DNA from: Klebsormidium nitens
Taxonomy: Eukaryota > Plantae > Klebsormidiophyceae
DNA: 58,900 nucleotides
Direction: 5' to 3'
Assembly: GCA_000708835.1 (NCBI GenBank)
Contig: DF237496.1
Location: 1-58,900, forward strand
Of this stretch, positions 23,404 through 34,100 are shown one piece after another (the stretch's first letter is position 1; each line of letters begins with the position of its first letter). Below the pieces are notes generated by a model that saw nothing but the letters and a program-made list of their open reading frames with translations, searched no databases and was not told where the DNA came from. The translations under genes and the position numbers were made by a program.

Positions 23404-24711
23404 GGCATCCTGTGTGGCCCTTCTAAGTGCGAGGCATAGTACTTCTCCAAGTACGGTCCAATTCGCAGTCGGATAGGTTAGTAGATGCATGTGTTTTTGG
23501 GCAGTGGTCTTAGTAGCAGAATTGATTGCACCACTCCAAGCGTATTGACTATAGAAACTTGTCAATGCATGTTGACGTCATTCTGTTGCTGCTCTCACAC
23601 ATGCATGTTCGTGGGCCATATGTTGGCCATGTCCGGAGCGGCCGCCCGGACCGCATTCCGGTCGATCATGGAGCGGAAGGAGTGGGAACAAGTCCTATAT
23701 GTATAGGACCGTCCAGGACCCAGGTACAAATTGACCGTACAACGGCCAGATCTACCGCGTGGCCTCGTGGCACGCGGCTCCTTGCCCGGCCGGCCCAGTT
23801 TGTGACTCGGGAGTCGGACATATGTGCTCACTCCGACCTAGCTTCCCAGAAAGTGCCCGGTAGCAGCTGCAACCCTGCAACCGTCGAAGTGAGCAGTGAA
23901 CCGGGGCCCGTGACAGTAAGGAGTCGTACTGCTGTTGACTGATCGGGGTCAAGGCGCAGTAACGTATGTTCATAACACTTGCAGGGGCGCTGAGCTTGTG
24001 GCGTCTCACAAAGCTTCTCAGTAGGTTTGTCCGTCCTCAATCATGAGCAGGACCAACATGATTGAGTAGCTTGATCTTTCCTGCCGTTGAAAAGCGGAAC
24101 ACTTTCTGGGGCCTTGGACGCTAAGCTATATTGATGCTGTCGATACTGATCTTAAGTGAACACTCTTCAGCTGCCAGCTGTCAGTGCATGTGCTGCCAGC
24201 ATTTGCTGCCAGTGACATATCTGCAGAAGCACTAAATACGGCTGCAACTAGCTACAGCTGGCTAAAGCAGCTGCATCATGTGAAGCTTCCTCGTCCTACT
24301 ACAGGTACACTGCAATATCCCAGCTGTGACTCATATTGAGTGCAATCTGCGCTTGAAGAAACCAAACAGGTAGTTTCCCCACAAACGCTGAAACTACAGT
24401 GAACGACTCTTGGCATATATTATGAGGGCTTTGGCGCACCACTCTCATTAGCAAGCTCTCTTCTTCTCTTTTGCACTTCTTCTTCAGCACTCTTAACTTA
24501 GAAAGTTCTTCAGTGACACTTGCCCCACAAATTCTCAACTGCTCTGCCTTCCTTTCTATCCAGGTCTCCTGCCGCATTCGAATCATTAAGGGGATCATCA
24601 ACCCCCTCAGTAGCGCCAGAATAGGCTTCTGTTCAGCTTCCACTCTTCCAGCATCAAGTCCCTGCACTCTCCACACCTTTCATAAAAATAGCTCCATCCT
24701 CCCGCCAAAAA

Positions 24712-26502
24712 ATGAAGCCAGCTCCAGCTCAACCGCTGGCCTTCGCACTTCTGGTCGCACTCGCCTTGCTCGGTGCGCCTGCATTTGCTGCACGCACGTT
24801 GCACCAAGCTCCAACTACTCCAAAGCCCGCATTGGTGTTCGAGACCGCCAGTCCTTCAACTAGACCGGGGGTCCAGATCCTGGGCGGCCTTATAGGCGGA
24901 CCCTGGGAAGATCCCAGGATCCCACACCATGATTACCACACTTGTCCCGTTGACACTGGGTTTCTGCCGTGGGGTACATTGCCCGATGGGACGGGACAGT
25001 GTGGCAAGACGTACCCCGTCGCCGAGATTAACGGAGACGTTCTCTCTGGTGAGCTCAGCTGACCGTTGCGTTTGACGACCAGTTTCTTGAATCTTCATGG
25101 ATTGCTTAGAGTGCAGTCAATGCTCAGCGTGCAGTTTAAGAAGAGGGGTTTCAGCTTGTGTCGAGCCTTTGCTTGTATTGATATTCTCTGATCATCTAGT
25201 TGAGCTCCCACAGGGCGCGACCGTCTGCAATGCTTGCACCAGCTCATGCTTGCAATAGGGGATGTAAGGCTTGGCATTCTGTGTTCTCGACTTTCCTTGC
25301 CAGTATTGTAAGCCTTTCCGCTTGATTCATGGATAATACTATTCTACGTACGGGGACTTCCAATCGACGGATGGTTGCGTGAACCAACATGAAGCATTCT
25401 GACTTCATTAATCTACAGAGTGTAGGAAAGCTGACGCAAGGGAATGCTAGCTGAAGAAATTAGCAGAAGCTGAGTCAATCAGACTCTTGCTGAAGTGCTA
25501 CAGCTGCGGCCTCTTTGGAGCTGTTGCGGTCACGTCAGCAGATGTTAAACTTAGTACGGTACTGGCTTGTTCGCATCGAAGCCTCTTTAAATCGGGGCTG
25601 AGGGGAAAAAAACAGATTAAGGTGTAAATATTTACAATCGGCAGCCCATTATCCAGTTTCTCAAGGCCTTCTCGACCTCCATGAGAATGGGCCTTTTATA
25701 TACAGTCGCTCTCTTTGCACTGCAGGGGACGAATCAGGAGAGCCGATAACGGAGGTGTTCACGCTCCGAACGGACACAAACGGCGCGCAAAATGGCGCCG
25801 ATCTCTCGAACTGCTTCGGACTCATGGAAGGGTTTCTGACGACGATTGCCGGCGGGCAGACGTCCTCTGCCACGTCCTATCTCAAGTCTGACGTCACGCT
25901 GACCAACGACTATGCCGGGCAGACTATCACGGGGCCCCAGGCGGTGGCGGAGTGGTTCGCGTCGCACTTCGGCAACCGGCCAAGTCCGTCCGTCAAGGTA
26001 AGACATCCACCGTATCTGGTCATTGGGATTTGTTACTTTCAAGAACCAAAGCTGTATGGCGCAAAGCAAATCCAAGATACAGAGGATGTCTTTTGCATGA
26101 TGTGTCATTTGGCAAATCGTTGACGTCAGCAAGAAGCAGACTTTTTAAGCATGTCGATCGAAGGATAGCACTATAGCAACAGAGCCACTTCGGACGATCT
26201 CCGTTGAGCGTGGCAAATATCTCCTTTTTATGCGAGTTGGATCGTACGGCTTTGGAAAACGGTGCCAACTCGGATTTGAGCTTCTGCATTGATTCCCAAT
26301 TTTCAAGCTGAATTCATGTTTGATGCAGGTGTACGATTTCTCTTGGGAAGAACATCAGCCAGATTACATCCATTGGGGGCTCGGCATGACTGTCCGAGCG
26401 GAAACGGATACTCAAGTGATCAAGTTTGCTACTCATTGGGACATTCGTACCTTACCAAAAGTCCTTGATAAAGTCTTTGCGGTTCGGGTTGTGGACAAGT
26501 AG
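24712..26502 (+). CDS. Secreted protein of unknown function with a putative NTF2/SnoaL-like C-terminal domain (~260 aa, 3 exons)
   Basis: Exons 24712-25048, 25726-25997, 26329-26502; phase-consistent. Signal peptide MKPAPAQPLAFALLVALALLGAPAFAA. The segment FLTTIAGGQTSSATSYLKSDVTLTNDYAGQTITGPQAVAEWF has the SnoaL-like pattern; the fold call is inference. Confidence 0.78.
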
Positions 26503-28161
26503 GATTTGATGCAATGTTCGGACCTAGATAGTTGAGACGATAGTGCTAGTATCGTAATTAAAGCGATGCTGATTACCCGTTGCAATATACTAAGCTTTTT
26601 TCGCTACCGTGCATAGGTGAGCTCTCAAACGCGGATCACTTTATACAGATCGTGCAGCAAACAACCGGCGTCGACTGCAGAGGTCTTGCATGTCAATAAT
26701 CGTTTCAGTGGATATTTTTTTGCACACGTCGCTCATTGCTCAGTGTATTAATTGGATGCTGACGTTCCAATGGGTGCACTCAGCACTGCAAAATCTGCGT
26801 GCGAACCGACGAGTGAAACGAGCTCGACCCAGTCAATTGGATGGTAGCTCTTATACCAGATCGACCACTCGTATACGGACTCGAGCTCAGCGGCCAACGC
26901 TGCCACGGACTTGCTACTGATGCACTTCTTGTACTGCCTCCGCCATGCGGACTCTCGTCGATCTCAGTCACTGAGTGCCAAGATGCAAAAAATGCTGTTC
27001 AAGCCTGAATGTCGGATGGTAAGTCAACCGCTGGCCGCGCACAGAATCAATGAACAGAACTCCAACGGCGGGCTCGCAAATGCACCTACGTCGAATTAGT
27101 AGCTTGGTGCCGAGGGTTAGAATTTCTGCAACGAATTTGTATGCGGCCGCAATCGTTGTCAATGTGAGTCTGACGCACTCAACCAGCTAGGTACAACATA
27201 GACAAATCACTGGCGCCACGTGCCAGACATGACTTCCGACAATAGCTGTACGGCAGAGTCTGGGCGCTGCAATTCGCAGACTTACAATTCGGAGGCAGTG
27301 ACAAATGCTCGTTGTACGTATTCACATTCCCCGGCCAGGTAATTTGGTCATAGCTGCAGGGGCGGGCGCTCAAAGTGGTCATGTGACCTATAAGTCCGGT
27401 CCCATGACCGCAATTGCAAAAGAAAACCGCACGTCGATGCATGCAGCCACGGGATGATAAAAACTACAAGCTGCGGGCGGGCGAACAACTGATGTACTCA
27501 GACACCATCTTATAGTAGCGTCTGCAAGATCTGATGTCATATGCATGCATGGGCTCGTGCCAATCCGACCCGTTGCGGTTCGAGAATTAACGCGCGGTTG
27601 ATCGACGGGGTGATCAATTGATTGACGTGTGAACGTGGATTTTAACTGCCTCTACAAACTGTTACAGCTTTCTCTTTCAAATAAGTACAGACATCTGTCA
27701 GGTGATTGCGTCACTCACTGTCAACGTCTTCCAGGACTCCTGGCAACGTGATATAGATACGGCGCCTTGTAGTACTGGCAACTTCAACCTTTTACTAGTC
27801 CCACTGATATACGCACAATACTACTGTAGCTCGAGAGCCACTGTTCATCACTATGGAGCCGACCGTGGCTCTTTCTTACAATATACAGGCTTTGGGCTTC
27901 GTCTTTGCCAAACACTTCTAGCTAGAATTGTTTGTTGCAATAACCCCGTACTAATCATACATACAACGGTACAATATTTGTCTACAGTCCGGGCCCGTTC
28001 CAGTATCTACAACCCCTTAGGGTCTTTGCCCACCCAGGCTCGTTTGAGCGCCACAACTTTCTGCTCTGGGAAAGGGTCATCAATGAAATATTTTGGAAAC
28101 AATAGTTGCAACCAGTAGTGGGCCATCTCATCCATTCCAGCCCTTCTTATCCTCGACCAAT

Positions 28162-31100
28162 CTAGCCCCCGGTTCTTTGCCTCCACTCCAAGATTGCGCT
28201 TTTGACGGTATGGTTGGGAAGCAGGTTCGTGTTTGGCAGAGGCGCGCCCGTCACGGGAGACGTGCGGTACCTTGCCAGCCACGTCTGGATCTGGCTCCTC
28301 TCGTACGTGTGCCCATCAGCCGCCACGACCGGATCTTCCATGATCTCCTGTAAGGGTTTTGAGAGATGTTCACGGACGTCCGAGCATCGGACTTACAGCC
28401 TTTGCGTTTTCTGCCCGTGAAGGCCCCGATCTAAATGCTTGAAACAAAGCTGCTTCATGAGATCGATGATCAGCGCAGTGTTGCAATGACGGGCTCCTCA
28501 ATCGCCCGGCACCTGCCCGGCAGACGACACGTGCCTCTCAATTGCGTCAGCATTGCGGCGACACATTGTGGACTCTGACAGGCGCTGAGTCGCCAAATTA
28601 CTTCTGATCCGCAATAATTGAATCTCGCTGGTTCCAGGTCTCACCTGACTGATCGGACAGCAGAAGTTACTCTCCATGATGTCACTGTTGTCCCGGGGGC
28701 GCGCCCCGGGCGCTCGGAGGGCGGCCATTTTCGCGGCCGCGCGGCGCAGGCTCTCTAGTTCCTGGCGCTCGGCTGCCTTCCCCAGGTCATTCAGGCGGGA
28801 CAGAACCGGAATGATCTCGGACTCCAGGTCTGGTCGATTGTCTTGGTCATACTCGGTGCACCGGAGGCCAAGGTTTGTTAGCTGCACCAAGAAAGGGCTT
28901 CTTGGAAGGAGCTGATACTCAGAGGGCACTGAACTTTGGCGTACGGTCGAGACAAGTTTGAGCAACAGAGCAGGAAGCTTATACGAGGGGTTTTATTCGC
29001 GTTCTGGGAAGACCTTTACTCTCATGTCCGACGAACGACGGGGCCGCGCCAGAGGCCGTTCTCCGTTTGACAAGCGAACACTTTTCGTGCGAGGCGAGCC
29101 GGGCTCCGGGTGTGACAGAGCGGCAAAGAAGGGAGATGTCGTCAGCAGAAGGTTATTGAACGCATCGCTGGCCATCTCGATCCAAGCACCTGTTCATACC
29201 TCGTGAATCCCTATCGTCGTCTTGAAACTCTGTGAACGGTTTTCCTGATTGCAAGTGACACGTTGCAGCCGCGATCTGGCTGGCAACATCAAGCACCCCT
29301 TCCACTTTGAAGCACGGTTCCCTCCGCATACCCGCACAAAAAGACAAAAGGGCAGTCATTGAGAAGAAGGACCCAAAAGCGTCCTTTCTTCCCGGGAGAT
29401 TAATTAAGCTTCTCACATCCTCAACCACGGTCTCCAGGGGCCAGTCTCCCGCGCTCCGGTCCAGAATCCCGGGCATGGTCCTGCTGACGTACGCTTGCTT
29501 CACCTCCCGCTTCACGGCGCCCGCAGCCCGCTTGGTCAGCAGCTGCAGCAGGCACACACCGAGCGCGTACACGTCGCTGCGTGCCTCGAGGGGGTAGCCG
29601 TCGAACAGCGCTGAGCGGCAGGGCGAGGAGGGTTAGTAAAGGGCGGCGGGCGTAGGAAGAAATGGGAAAATAGGCCGCAGAGGGAAGAGGGAAGAGGGGA
29701 AAAGGACTCTGTATAGACTGAAGTAGGACGCGGCGGGTTGGCGAAGACGAAAGCACGGCCATCATTACCGGAGAGATGTGCGCGAACGACCGCAAGCCTC
29801 CTTCACATAAGCTTTGCATGCATTTACGAGACGCTAAAGTGCGTGAGGGTACGAACTCGAAACTGCATTCGCACTTGACTTTCAAGCCACAAAAACATGG
29901 CAAAACAATGAAACTCCGGTTGTAGGAGAAGATTTGAAGCGCAGATATATAGCTCCGCTTTCTATTTAAATAGTGCTTCGTGCCACACCCCGACACCATC
30001 GGCACTTGACCTTCGAGCCAAAGGATGGGCTTAACACTTCCAAAACACAGAGCTCCGGTCGTGCGAGACGATTCGAAGCGCGATCGACAGTTCCATTCAT
30101 CGTCTTATTTTATACGTGGATGACAAACCTGGGTCCACGTAACCAAAGGAGCCCCGGACGGTGGAGTTCGTCCGCAGGCCCTCCGTCAGCGCCCCCGTGA
30201 GCCGGGCGGTCCGCGCTTCCCGCGAGGGGATCATCCTGGAGATGCCCACGTCGCCCAGCTTGGCGGTGTCGCTCTCGTCCAGCAGCATGTTGGCCTGCTT
30301 AATTTCGCAGTGGATGAAGCCGTGCTTGTGCATCCACAGGACAGCTGTCGCGATCTGCCGCGAAGCACGTGGAGGGTTTGCGACTGGGGAGCGATCGGTC
30401 ATTAAGAACGCTCTGATGCTGGGGACAGTGCGGCGTAATAGATGCGTTCCAACGTAAGGTGACCGTATGAGTGTTAAAAAACAGGGTTTGTAGTTCTGAC
30501 GTCGGCAACCGAGGAGCTGCGGCTTTGACTGGGGTCCTTAAGGCACTTCATTCACTTCTTTCCTGTTTTCCAGGACCAGAGCCAGGAATACGGTGCAACG
30601 CACCGTCAAACACGACGGCTCTTACAGGCAAAGAAATAAACGAGTACAATAACCGTAGGAATAAAAAACGCTGGGCGACTTTTGAAGGAGTGGAACAGGA
30701 ACTAAATCCTTCTCACCTCCAGCATGATCCGCACCCTGGCGAACCACGGCAGGGGGCGGGTCTCGTCGGCCAGCCTGGTCTCGAGGGATCCCTGGGCGCA
30801 GTACTCGTAGACGAGGCAGAACGCCTCTGGGCAGCAGCCCATCAGGATGACGATGTTCCGGTGGCGCAGCGTGGTGAGCAGCTTCACCTCGCACTCGAAT
30901 TGCTCCGGGCCCTGCATAAAAGTTTCCAAGAATCTTCAATTAGAGCAATAGTATGCTCTAGCAATAGTAAGGTAACCAGCCTGGGACGGGTAGGGTTAAT
31001 TTGGGAGTTAGGGTGGGATCGGGTGCGGAGCGGGTGATTCTGTGGGTTAGGTTTTAGTGTCAGTGGGGAGCTTACTATTGCTTGGGCTTACCATTGCTAA

Positions 31101-34100
31101 ATTGAAGAGATATGTTTCCAAGAGAAAACTTCACGATCGAGCTAGGTAGTATCTTGATAAGCAGCCGTCTATCCAATGTCCTTGAGCCAATGGGGCTGAT
31201 GCTAAGGAGTACTGCTGGACTTGTATGAATTGATGGAAGCAAGCCTTCCCAGGAAGCAAGACTCGCTACGAATGAGCTGCGCCAGGAGTACGGACAAAGC
31301 CTCCGCCTGACCGTTTGGAACATTCACCTGCGAACTCCTCAAGAGAATTCCGGGTTCTATAGAAAGGCACGCTCCAAGCTTTCGAATGGTCCGGAAATTC
31401 GGAGCTTGAGATTGGCTCCCTGCGCGAAGTGCTTCTGCATCGTCCTCGATGTTCAGATTCAATTGGAGATTCACGGCATTTCAAGGCGGAAGTACGATAG
31501 GAAAGTGTCAGGAGATTGCGGATTCTGACAGTACCTGCTCCGTGCCTTTTCCGCCTCCGTCTACCAGAGCATGACCGACCTTGCGGAACTCGGAAACTGC
31601 TGACGTGGCTTCCGTCATCGGCTTCCTCCTTTTCCACTCAAAATCAGCCGGCCCCGAATTGGGTCAGTCTCTGCTTTCGTCATGAGACAATCCGCAACGC
31701 AGATCAGAGGTTTGCAAAAATGATAAAACTAACCTGAAGTCCCTCGGGGTTCATCTTCTTGACGGCCACCTGTGTACCCATGAGAGTGCCTAGGTACACC
31801 GTCCCAAATCCGCCACCCCCTAGTTCTCGGCTGAAGCCGTTTGTAGCGTCGGTCAGCTGTTGGAGACTGTAACTTTCATATGCCTGCTGCACGCGTAATT
31901 TTTCCCGTCAAAGGAAAATCGAGCGTATGCTCTATTGTATCAAATGTACGGTCTGGTCAATGTTTTCGAAAGGAACCCGCGTATGCAGAGACTGTGGTCA
32001 AAATGTTGGGGTGAAGAGGACAGGAGTCTGCATGACGAACTCGTCCATGTCCGACTCTTTACAAAGCCTGCTCTTGGCCTCAACCAAACGAACTTCCGAT
32101 CAAGTCCATGTGTGTCGCACTACCCAGACAGCTGAGAAGACTCACGACTGCGATATTGCAAATTTAAGGTTCATAATCGCTGCCGGGCACAGTCCCAAAA
32201 CCTTTAAACTCAAGAATTGGTCGGCAAAACCTCTAATCTGGACAGGGCTAGGCTCACCAGCTCACGCGCCCCCGAAGCTCGCTCTTGATTTGCCCTCGCC
32301 GGCCTGTGACGGGTAGGAGTGAGTTAGCAGCTAACCGTTGTCGACCATGACTGTCACGTTGTCTTCCAGTGCCCTAACTTCCAGTGCCCTGACTTGATAA
32401 GAAACAACTTTCTTAGTAGGCGAAAGTTCTGTTGACAAGAAGTTTAAGAGTCTCAGCATCCATCCTCGTACGGGTCTCGAGCACACTAAATACCGCAGCA
32501 AGAAACAATGTGAAGCAAGCTTTTAGATCCCTGCTTCACGAATCCATGTGGATCAGAACCGAGAGCGCTTATGACCAGTTGGTTCCGTTGAGCTTCCCCC
32601 ACACTGGAAAAAGCTTCCTAGGCGTCGACCACCAAACGCGTCTGACACACGCTTTTGAGCTGCTCACTAGTACTGGTGACTTCAGCGCTAAAACTTACGG
32701 TGCAGGCACGGTTTGGTATTGTGTCAGGTGCTGTCCGTTGCTCTGCCGGGCATCGCCTGGATTAGCACGCCCGGCTGAATCTGCAGAAACACGAAAGAGC
32801 CCCTGAAAACACGTGGATGCTCTTGCCAAACCTGGGACGATGCACGACAGCTCTTTCGAACGAAGTAGCATTGAAGTTTGGTTTGACACTTTCAGCAATT
32901 GCCGGTCAAAGAAGTAGAGCCACTCACTCAGCCCTTGCAGAATCAATATCTTGAAAGCACCAGTAAAGAATCTAAAAAATCAAGCGTTGCAGAGCGAGTA
33001 AAAGAGAACATTCAAGGCGGGATTCCAGACGAATCTCTCTCGTCTATTTTGAGAGTCTTCCACTCGAACACAACCTGTCTCTCACAAGCTGGACCTCCAA
33101 AGCAAGACACATGTGTGCGCTGACTACTTTTTGAAGTTCCATAACGATCTCTTTAAAGATAAACCTGCCTTGCTTCTGCTGCTGACCATAGAATGAAGGC
33201 GGACCCAACTAATCTACGTTCTGTAGATACCACAGATGACGTAGCTGAAAGCGGTCCAGGCAATCCTGGAAGCGGCGGACCATGGCCCGGGACCACCGTC
33301 AACTTGAGTATATAGGCGCACCTTCCCCGGAGCTCGGATGCAGCCCGCTCGGCTGTGCGACAGAGTAACCGCTGCCTTGCGCCGCCCCGAAACCGGGTGG
33401 ATAAACCGATCCCCCGACGTGGCCTGGGACGAACTCCCCCCCGAAAACATGGGGCTGGAAGCCCCCCGCCGGATGGTTGTGACCGTAGCCGGGTGCAGGG
33501 GAACCGTGGGGAGATCCAGCGGAAGAGTTGCCTGACACAAACTGGGGCGGAGAGTTGTGGGAGGCGTACAGCGGAGGTGCCGACGCTCCTCCATGACCGG
33601 GGGAAAAGCCATTTTGGACCACCACGTATTGATAGCCCGGTGGAAGGGCGACTGGTCCGGTGTGACCGGGGCTCCTTACGACGGCCGGGAAGAGATGCGG
33701 CCCCGGGACATAGCCACCGGGCACTTGGTGGAACACTGCAGACTGGGGGAAGTGGCTGCCCGGGGGGACGGAATAGGAGGCGGGTTGGAAGTGCCCCGAA
33801 ATGGGGGGGCTGATCGGGCCCTGCCCTGGAAGGCTGAGAGACGCTTGGAGACCGTTGGGGCGCTGTCGAGGCGTGCTGGGGAAGCTTCCGCTGCAGGAGC
33901 TGCGCGGCGGCAGAGAGATGGGATTGAGATGAAAGGCGTTTCGCTGATCCTTTCCGGATCAAGGAAAGCTTTTACGTGCTTGCACGCTGCAAAGAGTTGT
34001 GAAGATGGTCAATTCTGCGCGCTTTGTCCTGCAAACAAGGGGAGGCACTTTGCGAGTTTTCAGGATCAGAGGCGAGCTCTTGCAAGGAAAACATCATTTT

